NCBI GenBank assembly: GCA_963743525.1
Contig: CAVUQH010000003.1
Coordinates: forward strand, 224,001-288,000
Reading direction: 5' to 3'
DNA from: an uncultured delta proteobacterium
GTDB taxonomy: Bacteria; Myxococcota_A; Polyangia; Haliangiales; Haliangiaceae
DNA: 64,000 nucleotides
The notes under the pieces were generated by a model that ran no database searches, was not told where the DNA came from, and worked only from the letters and a program-made list of their open reading frames with translations. Position numbers and translations under genes: made by a program. Below, piece by piece: positions 55,325 through 64,000 of the stretch (its first letter is position 1; each line of letters opens with the position of its first letter).

Positions 55325-55792
55325 CTAGTGCGCTCGCTCGACCAGCTCGACCAGCGTGCCACCCATCGCCTTGGGATGGAGGAACGCGACCAGGTGGCCA
55401 CCGGCGCCCGGGCGCGGCGCCTGATCGATCAGCCGCACGCCGGCGCTCTTCAGCCGCTCGAGGGCGGCGTTGATATCGCTGACGGCAAAGGCGATGTGGT
55501 GCAGTCCGTCGCCGCGGCCCTCGAGGAACTTCTCCAGGCCGACGTTCTCGGGCAGCGGGCAGACCAGCTCGACGGCGCAGTCGCCGGTGCGCGGCATGCG
55601 CACGAATGCCGCGCCGGTCTTCTGCGGGATGACATCCTCGCGGTCGACCAGCGGCAGGCCGAGCAGCGCCGACCAGGCGCGCCCGGCCTCGTCCATGTCG
55701 CCGACGCAGACGCCGATGTGGTCGATGCCGACGACCAGCCCCGCGAGGAGCTCGCCGGTGATGGTCGAGTAGTCCGACGGTTTACGCGGCAT
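55325..55792 (-). CDS. mce: Methylmalonyl-CoA epimerase (VOC family)
   Basis: IDHIG, VELV, GLHHIAFAV, AFLHPK, GTLVELVE. Confidence 0.85.
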   Translation of the reverse strand: MPRKPSDYSTITGELLAGLVVGIDHIGVCVGDMDEAGRAWSALLGLPLVDREDVIPQKTGAAFVRMPRTGDCAVELVCPLPENVGLEKFLEGRGDGLHHIAFAVSDINAALERLKSAGVRLIDQAPRPGAGGHLVAFLHPKAMGGTLVELVERAH

Positions 55793-56705
55793 CGCGAACC
55801 TGTCCGTCGCGGATCAGCGCCCACAGCTCGCCGTTGGGCGCCGCCGGACGTGACGAGTAGTCGTAAAAGCCGAGGCCGGTCTTCTTGCCCAGGTGTCCCT
55901 GCTGCACCAGGCGGCGCAGCAGCGCCGGCGGCTGGTAGCGGCTCTCGCCGAAGTCGCGGTAGAGCAGCTTGGACATGGCGTAGACGACGTCGAGACCGAT
56001 CAGGTCCGACAGCGCCAGCGGGCCCAGCGGATGGCCGCAACCCAGCTTCATCGCCGTGTCGATCTGATCGGCGCGCGCCATCCCCTCGCTGTAGGCGTGG
56101 ATGGCGTTGAGCAGATACGGCACCAGCAGGCGGTTGACGACGAAGCCGGTGGAGTCGATCACCGGCACCGCGGTCTTGCCGATGGCGCTGATGAACGCTT
56201 CGGCTGCAGGGACCACGTCGGCGTCGGTCTCCGGCAGGTGCGCCAGCTCGACCAGGCTCATCGCCGGCACCGGCGAGAAGAAGTGCAGGCCGATGGTCCG
56301 CTGCTCGCGGATGCCGGCAGCGAGGTCGCGGATGCGCAGGGTCGAGGTATTCGACGCCAGCACCGCGCGCTCGCCCAGGCGGGTGGTCAGGTCGGTGAAC
56401 AGCGTCCGCTTCTCGCGCACGTCCTCGACGATCGACTCGATCACCAGGTCGCGATCGCCGAGCGCGTCGCGGTCGCTGGTGACGGTCAGGTTGGCCAGCG
56501 CGCGCTCCACCGTGGCGGCGTCGATCTTGCCCCGGCCGGCGCTGCGCTCGAGCGACGCGACGATCCGGTCACGGGCCGCCGACGGGTCGCCGGGGGTGGC
56601 CTTGACCAGCACGGTCGGCACGCCGGCCGCCGCGGTCACTTCGGCGATTCCGGTCCCCATCAGTCCCGATCCCACCACTCCGACACGGTCGATCGCTGTG
56701 CTCAT
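55782..56705 (-). CDS. hbd: 3-hydroxybutyryl-CoA dehydrogenase
   Basis: GSGLMGTGIA, IESIVE, SNTS, GLHFFSP, GFVVNRLL, GPLALSDLIGLD. Confidence 0.88.
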   Translation of the reverse strand: MSTAIDRVGVVGSGLMGTGIAEVTAAAGVPTVLVKATPGDPSAARDRIVASLERSAGRGKIDAATVERALANLTVTSDRDALGDRDLVIESIVEDVREKRTLFTDLTTRLGERAVLASNTSTLRIRDLAAGIREQRTIGLHFFSPVPAMSLVELAHLPETDADVVPAAEAFISAIGKTAVPVIDSTGFVVNRLLVPYLLNAIHAYSEGMARADQIDTAMKLGCGHPLGPLALSDLIGLDVVYAMSKLLYRDFGESRYQPPALLRRLVQQGHLGKKTGLGFYDYSSRPAAPNGELWALIRDGQVRDAA

Positions 56706-56749
56706 TCTGTCTAGCCTCCCTGGTTTCGGTCCGTTACAGCGGCTCTCGC

Positions 56750-56880
56750 TACGTGTTAACAACGTTACTCAGTCTTTAGGCTCTGCCGCACCTTGTCAAT
56801 TGGTAATCATCTGGAAAAACACAGACTTTTGATTTACAGACTTCACAAACTTCAATTTACTAATAAACTCGATTCTGTAA
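56750..56880. promoter_or_regulatory. AT-rich divergent promoter/operator region
   Basis: Sharp GC drop between hbd and the regulator; repeated octamers TTTACAGA, TTCACAAA, TTTACTAA, TCTGTAAA. Confidence 0.5.
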
Positions 56881-58335
56881 ATGACTGCGGCCATTGGACA
56901 TCGTCTTCGGGAGCTTCGCCTGGAAAAGGGGATCGGTCAGGCCGAGCTCGCCCGCGATCTGGAGATCTCGCCCGCCTATCTCAGCCTGCTCGAGAAAGGC
57001 CGCCGGACCATGCAGTTTCCCTTGCTGCTCCGCGCCCTCGAGCTAATGGCGGTGCCGCTGGAAGGGTTCATGGCCGAGGTCGGCGGCGAGCATCCCGACG
57101 ACGTCCTCGCGCAGATGCTCGACGATCCGCTGGCCAAGACCCTGGAGCTGTCCGACAGCGACGTCGCCCGCCTGCGCGCCGAGCCGCGGGTGGCGACGAC
57201 CATCGCCGCGCTGTTCCACCTGTACAAGAACGCCCGCGCCCAGCTCGACACCGCGCTGTCTCGGCTCGAGGCCGACGACCCGCCATCGCCCGTGGGCTAC
57301 GCCCCGGGCGACGAGGTCACCGACTTCCTGCAGGACAACCGCAACTACTTCCCCGAGCTCGAGGAGCGGGTCGCCGCCATCCGCCGCGACGCCGACCTGC
57401 CGCGCCGCTTCGTCTCCGAGCAGCTCGCGGCGCTGATGCGCGATCGCCTGGGCTTCGACGTGCGCATCGATCCGCCGTCGGGCGCGTCGTCGGTGGTGCG
57501 CACCTTCGACCGCGAGCGCAAGCACTTGCGCCTGTCGTCGAGCCTGTCGGAGGCGGCGCTCAAGTTCCAGCTCGGCCACGTCATCGGCCTCACGGTGCTC
57601 GACGAAACCGGCCTGCACGAGCGGCTGCTCGACGCCACCACGTTCCACCACTCGGAGACCCCGAGGCTCATCAAGATCCACCTGGCCAACTACTTCGCCG
57701 GCGCGTTGCTCCTGCCCTACGACGACTTCTTTGCCGAGGTCGAGCGCAGCCGCTACGACGTCGACAAGGTCGCGACCGCCTTCGAGTCGAGCTACGAGAC
57801 CGTAGCCCACCGCATGTGCAACCTGGCCGATCCGCGCCGCCCGGGGGTGCCGCTGCACTTCCTCCGCGTCGACGTCGCCGGCAACATCAGCAAGCGCTAC
57901 TCGGCCAGCGGCATGCGCTTTCCCCACAGTCACGGCTCGTGCCCCAAGTGGGCGGTGCACGCCGCCTTCCTGACGCCGGCGGTGATCAGCCGGCAGTTCT
58001 CGGTGATGCCCGACGGCAAGCTGTTCTTCTGCTTCGCCAAGGTGATCACCGACCCGGCAGCCGGCTCGCTGGTGCGCGGCACCATCTACGCCATCGGTCT
58101 GGGCACCAACGCCGAGCACGCCGACAAGCTGGTCTACGCCGACGACCTGCCGCGGCCCGACCCGCGCAACCCGACCCGACTGGCGGTGCCGGTCGGCGTC
58201 ACCTGTCGCTTCTGCGAGCGCACCGACTGCAACCAGCGCGCGGCGCCCAGCTACAAGTTCGCCTTCACCGTCGACGAGAACGTGAAGAAGGAGAACTTCT
58301 TCAGCCCGCTGACCGACGCCGACGGGCGGCGCTGA
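56881..58335 (+). CDS. XRE-family short-chain fatty acyl-CoA regulator (ScfR/RamB/PccR type)
   Basis: HTH ISPAYLSLLE, NYFPELE, ANYFAGALLLPY, SYETVAHR, RVDVAGNISKR, CRFCERTDCNQRA. Confidence 0.92.
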   Translation: MTAAIGHRLRELRLEKGIGQAELARDLEISPAYLSLLEKGRRTMQFPLLLRALELMAVPLEGFMAEVGGEHPDDVLAQMLDDPLAKTLELSDSDVARLRAEPRVATTIAALFHLYKNARAQLDTALSRLEADDPPSPVGYAPGDEVTDFLQDNRNYFPELEERVAAIRRDADLPRRFVSEQLAALMRDRLGFDVRIDPPSGASSVVRTFDRERKHLRLSSSLSEAALKFQLGHVIGLTVLDETGLHERLLDATTFHHSETPRLIKIHLANYFAGALLLPYDDFFAEVERSRYDVDKVATAFESSYETVAHRMCNLADPRRPGVPLHFLRVDVAGNISKRYSASGMRFPHSHGSCPKWAVHAAFLTPAVISRQFSVMPDGKLFFCFAKVITDPAAGSLVRGTIYAIGLGTNAEHADKLVYADDLPRPDPRNPTRLAVPVGVTCRFCERTDCNQRAAPSYKFAFTVDENVKKENFFSPLTDADGRR

Positions 58336-58338
58336 TCG

Positions 58339-58740
58339 CTACTCGGTGATCAGGCGCGGCTTGGTCGGCTCGTCGTCGAGCTGATGCCGCGGCGTGCCGC
58401 CCGACAGGCGCCGGACCACGGCGTCGAGATCGCCGGGCGAGCACGGCTTGGTCAAGAACGCGGCGGCGCCGATGCGCGCCGACACCGACGGTGCGTCGGG
58501 CGATGCCGACACCAGCACCAGCGGCGGAGCGTCGGGCAGGCGCTCGAGCTCGTCGACCAGGTCATCCATTTCGCTGCCGGCGCCGTCAACCACGACCACG
58601 TCGATGCCACCGCCCCGCACCTGTGCGGCTCCCGCGCTGGCGGCGTCAACGGCGATCACGGTGTGGCCGGACGACTCGAAGGTCACCCGCCACACCTCCC
58701 CGAGCTCCGGATCGCCTTGCAGGACCAGGACGGTGCTCAC
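58339..58740 (-). CDS. Single-domain, atypical response regulator
   Basis: DVVVVD, LVLVSA, FLTKP; the first acidic pair is degenerate (LQGD). Confidence 0.7.
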   Translation of the reverse strand: MSTVLVLQGDPELGEVWRVTFESSGHTVIAVDAASAGAAQVRGGGIDVVVVDGAGSEMDDLVDELERLPDAPPLVLVSASPDAPSVSARIGAAAFLTKPCSPGDLDAVVRRLSGGTPRHQLDDEPTKPRLITE

Positions 58741-58819
58741 CCGAGGAGCGTACCGCCCGGGCCCTGCAGGGGAAAGCCTCGGCAACCCCAACCTGACTCC
58801 AGGCCGCCGCAAAGGGCTG

Positions 58820-60175
58820 CTATTGCCCGACAGGTGCCTTGTTGTCCGACGTGCGCACGAAGGTCTGGGTGAAGTCGTCGATGTGGAAATCCTCGACGTC
58901 GAGCGGACCGTCGAATGCCGACACCTGCAGGTCGTAGGTGCTGGGCAGCGGGTCCGGCGAGATGCCGGGCAGCGTGAAGCTGGTGCGGCCGTCGAGCAGC
59001 GCGCCGCCCCACACCTCGCCGCTGGTAGTGCGCATGGAGAAGGTGTGCAGCGCGGCGCCGTCGACCGGAGTGAACGAATACTCGCCGCCGGACTCGGCCA
59101 GGCTGCTCGGCAGCGGCAGCCACGGCCCTAGATCGATGCCGCCGGCCAGATCGGTGATGTCGCGCTTGATGATGCCCGTCAACGGGTCGCTGTCGCCGCT
59201 GTTGCCCATCTGCGCGAACGCGATCGCCTGGTAGCTGTCGCCGTCGAACATGCCCGACAGCGCCGGCAGTGTGACCGTGCCGGCGGAGCCGTCCTGCAGG
59301 ATGCTGACCATGGCGATGCCTTCGTCGCCCAGATCCAGCCCCATGATCACGCCGGTGCTGTTGGTCAGCCCGCTCGGTGGGGTGTCGCTGGTGACGTCAA
59401 CGTCGGTCTGCGCGGCGACGTCGAGCATGTCCAGCGACAGGCCGGACTGGGCGACGCCGTCCTCGACGGTGACACCCAGCTTGAAGGCGAAGCCGATCAC
59501 CGTGGTGGTGTCGTCGGTGTTGCTGGCGGTGCCCTTGGTGTCGAGATCGAGGATGATGGCGAACAGCGCCACCTTGCCGGTGCGCGAGATCAGGCTCCAG
59601 TTGCAGTTCGATCCCAGCAGCGACTTGGTGCACGCGTTGGCCGGGATCATGTTGACCGTCGGCTGCTGGATGTTGTTCTCGGGATCGCCCAGGTTGCGGG
59701 TGTACGAGTACGAGACCACGCCGATGGTGACGTGGTTGGTCGCCGGCTCGGGCAAGCTGTCCCAACCGGCGATGGTGCCGGTGAGCGTCGACTTGGCCAC
59801 GTTGGCCGCGGTGCCCGACGACAGCGGAATGGTGATGTTGGCGCCGTTGGCGCCGAACCAGGTCTGCGCCGGGTAGCCGTCCGCCGCCACGGTGACGGTG
59901 GTCGGGCCGTCGAGCGAGCCGTCGTCCACGGTGTACAGGCCGGACGAGTCGGTCACGCCCTGGAACGGATCGGAGCCGGGCTCGCCGACGTAGACGTCGG
60001 CGCCGGAGATCGGCTGGTCGGTGTCGCTGTCGATGACGTAGACGTTGACGCGGCCGGCGATGGCGCCGCTGCCGAGACCGCCACCGGCGATCAGTTGCGG
60101 GTCCACCAGGTTTTGATCGTTTCCACAGGCGGCGGCCAGCAGCGTGGCAGCCGCGATCCAAGCGATGCGCTTCAT
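58820..60175 (-). CDS. Lipoprotein with carboxypeptidase-regulatory-like Ig domain
   Basis: Lipobox LAAAC; QPISGADVYV…TDSSG pattern; GGAGG RBS. Confidence 0.75.
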   Translation of the reverse strand: MKRIAWIAAATLLAAACGNDQNLVDPQLIAGGGLGSGAIAGRVNVYVIDSDTDQPISGADVYVGEPGSDPFQGVTDSSGLYTVDDGSLDGPTTVTVAADGYPAQTWFGANGANITIPLSSGTAANVAKSTLTGTIAGWDSLPEPATNHVTIGVVSYSYTRNLGDPENNIQQPTVNMIPANACTKSLLGSNCNWSLISRTGKVALFAIILDLDTKGTASNTDDTTTVIGFAFKLGVTVEDGVAQSGLSLDMLDVAAQTDVDVTSDTPPSGLTNSTGVIMGLDLGDEGIAMVSILQDGSAGTVTLPALSGMFDGDSYQAIAFAQMGNSGDSDPLTGIIKRDITDLAGGIDLGPWLPLPSSLAESGGEYSFTPVDGAALHTFSMRTTSGEVWGGALLDGRTSFTLPGISPDPLPSTYDLQVSAFDGPLDVEDFHIDDFTQTFVRTSDNKAPVGQ

Positions 60176-60276
60176 AAGCTAAATCCTCCCGAACGGGTTG
60201 CCGGGAGCGTACCACTGCCGCCGACGGCGGAGACGTGATCGGCGCCGCCGCGAACGGCACCACGAGCGAGCCGGGC

Positions 60277-63200
60277 TCAGTCGCCGGTTCGGGTGATGGT
60301 GCGGGCGATACCCTCTTCCCAGCCGACTTCCTGGGCCAGGACTCGGGCTTCGTGCAGGCTCTCGGGCGAGATGCGGCGGATCGTCCGCGTCGGCGTCACG
60401 CCGTGGAGCAACAGCTCGGCGGTGCCGCGCCGATCGCCCAGCCGGCGCATCTCGTCGACCGCCGCCTGCCGGTAGCTCTCCGCCCGAGACATGTCGCGCA
60501 AGCGCTCGAAGTGGGCGGCCAGCATCGTCTGCACCCGGGCGCTGCCGACGCGCGACTGGACCCGCTTGGCGTGGCGCAGCGCCGACTCGCCGAACCGCTG
60601 GGCGTGCTGGTGGTGATCGAGCGCGGCGTGGAGCTGGGCCATGCGCAGAAGCAGGCGCCACAGGTTTTCCGGGCCGTTGTCACCTTCGGGTCCTTCGCCC
60701 AGAGTGACCATGTTGACCGCTTCCTCGAGCTCGAACGAGGCGATGCTCGAGCGCGCGTCGCGCAGCAGCATCGACGACAGATCGAGGTACAGGTCGCACA
60801 GGAGCTCGATGCGGCCGGTGGGAATCGTCTGGCCGATCGCCCGGCGAATGGTGGCGACGGCGTCCTCGGTGTTGCCCTCGGTCAGCGACAGGTGGGCCGA
60901 CGCCCGAAGCAGCTGGGCGGCCAGGGCTGGAGCGTCGTGGCAGTGGCCTTTGGCCTCTTCGACCACGCCGCGGGCCAGCCCGACCTCGCCGCCGATGCGC
61001 AGCGACTCGGCCAGCTTCACCGACAGGGTGACGAAGCGCATGCGGCTGTCTTCGTCGTTGGTGGCCAGCATCAGCCGTCGCGCTGCCGACAACCCGCGCT
61101 GGTACAGCCGCGAGGCGCCGACGTCGTCGAAGCTGTGCACCGCGATGTCGCCGGCCTGACCGAGCAGGTCGGCCGCAGTCTCGAGATCGCCGGCCAGGTC
61201 GTGGTGGTAGCCGACCACCGACGGATCGGCGAGCGCGCCCTGCAGCGCCAGCGCAGCCGCCGAATGCAGCGTGCGGCGAACGTCGGCGGGCGTGGCGTCG
61301 TAGATCACGTCGCGCACGAGCTGCGCGGTGAAGGCGATGACCGGAGCCTCCTCGGTCAATACGCCGCGCGCGACCAGCAGCGCCAGCGCCTCGTCCAGCG
61401 CTTCGTCGCCGATCTCGGCCGCCAGCGTCAACTCGAGAATGTGGCGCAGGACCTCGCCGCCGAACACCGACGCCGCCTGCGCGACCAGCAGAGCCTGCCG
61501 CGGCAACAGCGACAGGCGGGCGTCGATCAGATCGGCCTCGGTTTCGGGCGCCTCGTCGGCACCGCCGCCCTCGTGGAGGAATCGCAGCATCTGCTCGACG
61601 GTCAACGGTACTCCGCCGGTGATCTCGATCAGCCGTTCGCGGCCGTCGCCGTTGGCCAGATCGAGGGTCGCCGCGTGGTCGAGCAACAGGCCGACCATAT
61701 CCGGCGCCAGCGGCGTCACATCGAGGCGCGCCACCCGAGGACCCCAGCGATTGGCGAACTCGGGGCCGTTGGTGACCAGGATGCGCAGCGGGTCGTCCTC
61801 GTTGGCGGTCTCGGTCAGCCGGCGCAGCAGCTCCTGACTGGGGTTGTCGTACTGATCGGCGTCCTCGAACAACAGCAGCGCGCGCCCGCAATCGCCGGCC
61901 GCGCGCAGGACGCGAGTGGTCGACGCCAAAAGCTCGCGGCGGCGGACCGGCGGCTCGAGTTGGAACAGCTCGCCCTCGTGGCCGAACAGCTCGCCGATGC
62001 CCGGCAGGTCGCGGCGCGACAGTCCCTTGAGCTCGAGCGCCGCGTGCAGCTGCTCGTAGGTGCAGACCGGGGGCAGCTCGAGGATGGCCGCGACGATGGC
62101 GCGGATGGGATAGAACGGCGACGCCAGGCCGCTGGGATCGGCGAAGGCGGCGTAGATGATGACGTCGTCGATTCGCGCGCAGGCCTCGCGGACGAGGCGC
62201 GTGCGCCCGCCGCCCGGCTCGGAGACCAGCTGCATCGCCCCGCGATCGGTGTTGCCGCGGACGAACGCCAGCAGCTGATTCATCTGCTCGTCGCGACCGA
62301 CGAACGGCAACGGGAACAGACCGCCGGCGCTGGCGTCGCGCTGGAGCAACGGCTCGGGACGAGGCAGCGGCGTGGTCTTGCTGCGACTGCCGCGCGGGTG
62401 GCCGCACTCGGGGCAGAATTTGAACGACTTGGCCGCGCGCGCGCCGCACTCGTCACACAGCACTTCGTCGCCGGCCGGGGTGACGCGCGGCTGCACGGCA
62501 TCGGCGATGGCCCGGCGAAAGTCGGACGCGTCGGCGAAGCGCTCGCGCGGCGTCTTGGCCAGGGCTCTCAGGGCGATCTCTTCGAGTCCCGGGTCGACGT
62601 CGTGGGCGATCGCGCCGGGGCCCGCGCGCTTGCTCGGCGGCACCGGCGGCTCTTTGATCTGCCGGGTCAGCACGTCGACGATGCGCGTCGAGTCGCCGAA
62701 CGGGGTCATGCCGGCGAGCAGCTCGTACAGCACCACGCCGACCGCGTACAGGTCGCTGGCGACGGTCGGCTCGCGGCCGGTGATGATCTCCGGCGCCATG
62801 TACTCGGGCGTGCCGCAGATGGTCTTGTCGGACTCGTCGCGCTGGGTCACGCCGAGGATCCGCGCGACTCCGAAGTCGACCACCTTGACCAGGTCCCAGC
62901 CGCCGCGGCGCCGTTCGACGATGATGTTGTCCGACTTGAGGTCGGCGTGGATGACGCCGGAGGCGTGGGCCTCCTCGAGCCCCGACAGGATCTGCGACAC
63001 CATGTCGCCGATCCGCGCGGTCGGCAGGGGCATCTGTGACTGCACCAGTTGGGTCAGCGTCTTGCCGCGGAGGAACTCCATCACCAGATAGAGCAGGCCG
63101 TCGGGCGTCTGCCCGTAGTCGATGATCGAGACGGTGTTGGGGTGGTTGAGCCGCGAGGCGGCCAGCGCTTCGTCCTGGAAGCGAGCGACGATCTTCGGAT

Positions 63201-63375
63201 CGGCGGCCAGCTCCGGCCGCAGTACTTTGACCGCCACGGTGCGACCGAGCGCCATCTGGTCGGCCTGGTAGACCGCACCGGACGCACCCAGCCCGACGCA
63301 TCGACGGATGCGGAACTTTTCCGCGATCACCCGATCGATCAGATCGTGGTGGAAGCTTTCGCTGCTGGTGCCCAT
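60277..63375 (-). CDS. Ser/Thr kinase with double zinc ribbon, STAND-like ATPase and TPR-like domains
   Basis: VAVKVL, HADLKSDN, DFG, GTPEYMAPE; CDEC…FCPECG; FVGRDE, EPGGGRT, LLFED, GGVPL. Confidence 0.88.
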   Translation of the reverse strand: MGTSSESFHHDLIDRVIAEKFRIRRCVGLGASGAVYQADQMALGRTVAVKVLRPELAADPKIVARFQDEALAASRLNHPNTVSIIDYGQTPDGLLYLVMEFLRGKTLTQLVQSQMPLPTARIGDMVSQILSGLEEAHASGVIHADLKSDNIIVERRRGGWDLVKVVDFGVARILGVTQRDESDKTICGTPEYMAPEIITGREPTVASDLYAVGVVLYELLAGMTPFGDSTRIVDVLTRQIKEPPVPPSKRAGPGAIAHDVDPGLEEIALRALAKTPRERFADASDFRRAIADAVQPRVTPAGDEVLCDECGARAAKSFKFCPECGHPRGSRSKTTPLPRPEPLLQRDASAGGLFPLPFVGRDEQMNQLLAFVRGNTDRGAMQLVSEPGGGRTRLVREACARIDDVIIYAAFADPSGLASPFYPIRAIVAAILELPPVCTYEQLHAALELKGLSRRDLPGIGELFGHEGELFQLEPPVRRRELLASTTRVLRAAGDCGRALLLFEDADQYDNPSQELLRRLTETANEDDPLRILVTNGPEFANRWGPRVARLDVTPLAPDMVGLLLDHAATLDLANGDGRERLIEITGGVPLTVEQMLRFLHEGGGADEAPETEADLIDARLSLLPRQALLVAQAASVFGGEVLRHILELTLAAEIGDEALDEALALLVARGVLTEEAPVIAFTAQLVRDVIYDATPADVRRTLHSAAALALQGALADPSVVGYHHDLAGDLETAADLLGQAGDIAVHSFDDVGASRLYQRGLSAARRLMLATNDEDSRMRFVTLSVKLAESLRIGGEVGLARGVVEEAKGHCHDAPALAAQLLRASAHLSLTEGNTEDAVATIRRAIGQTIPTGRIELLCDLYLDLSSMLLRDARSSIASFELEEAVNMVTLGEGPEGDNGPENLWRLLLRMAQLHAALDHHQHAQRFGESALRHAKRVQSRVGSARVQTMLAAHFERLRDMSRAESYRQAAVDEMRRLGDRRGTAELLLHGVTPTRTIRRISPESLHEARVLAQEVGWEEGIARTITRTGD

Positions 63376-63511
63376 TCCCAATCGTCGCCCTGGTTCCCTA
63401 CCTGGCCCCGGGGCAGTCAATCATAATGGATGACGGGAGCCAACGGCGGCACCTGGTTTCACGGCCAGGGTTGGCCCCGTAGGCCAGTACAGGTCGAAGG
63501 TTCGACCAGAC

Positions 63512-64000
63512 CTAGACTCGCTCGAAGATCGACGCGATTCCCTGGCCGACGCCGATGCACATGCTGGCCAGCCCGTAGCGGGCTTTGCGCTCGGTCAGCT
63601 CGTAAATCAGCGTCAGTACGAGGCGGGCTCCCGAGGCGCCCAGCGGATGTCCCAGGGCAATGGCGCCGCCGTTGACGTTGACCCGTTCTGGATCGATCCC
63701 GATCTCGGCCATACACGGAATCGCCTGCGCGGCAAAAGCCTCATTGATTTCAGCAACATCAATATCGGCGATGGGCAGCCCGGCGCGCTTCAGGGCGGCC
63801 CTGGACGATGGGATCGGGCCCAGACCCATGGTGCTCGGCTGAACTCCCGCCACCGCCGAGGTCACGTACCGGGCCATCGGCGTCAGCCCCAGCTCCTTGA
63901 CCGCCTTCTCGCTGGCGACCAGCAGGGCGGCGGCGCCGTCGTTGATGCCCGACGCGTTGCCGGCGGTGACCGTACCGTCCTTGGCGAACACCGGGCGCAG
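63512..64000 (-). CDS. Acetyl-CoA C-acyltransferase (thiolase), 3' part
   Basis: [33 protein letters not shown]. Confidence 0.95.
   Translation of the reverse strand: MRPVFAKDGTVTAGNASGINDGAAALLVASEKAVKELGLTPMARYVTSAVAGVQPSTMGLGPIPSSRAALKRAGLPIADIDVAEINEAFAAQAIPCMAEIGIDPERVNVNGGAIALGHPLGASGARLVLTLIYELTERKARYGLASMCIGVGQGIASIFERV

Overview
GC-rich bacterial chromosome segment, most likely Myxococcota (Haliangium/Kofleria-like by inference from a Myxococcales-type sigma factor, Ser/Thr kinases with PEGA or STAND-TPR domains, and a sigma54 activator). Core genes include ftsQAZ, aroE, xseA, cysS, murI, murA, hisG, a 2-oxoacid dehydrogenase operon with two E1-alpha genes plus lpdA and lipB, grpE, mce, hbd and a partial thiolase. 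Main observations: (1) a four-helix-bundle (23S-IVP/Avd-like) gene enclosed by two ~400-bp hexamer arrays that are reverse complements of each other (27278-28497); (2) a divergent six-gene cluster of lipid-type enzymes with unknown product (BtaA-like, OleC-like, GNAT-like, DAG-kinase-like, UbiA-like, Rph-like; 1-7998); (3) a sigma54 activator facing two receiver genes, each with its own -24/-12 promoter and paired GCAAC-N4-GTTGC boxes; (4) a bacterial histone-fold gene; (5) a ~1.1-kb decayed gene bounded by 33-bp inverted repeats. Six single-base insertions and a strand-biased GTCGAC>GTCAAC pattern suggest consensus errors in the assembly. I recognised no rRNA, tRNA or CRISPR array. All family assignments are from motif recognition by eye, not database searches.
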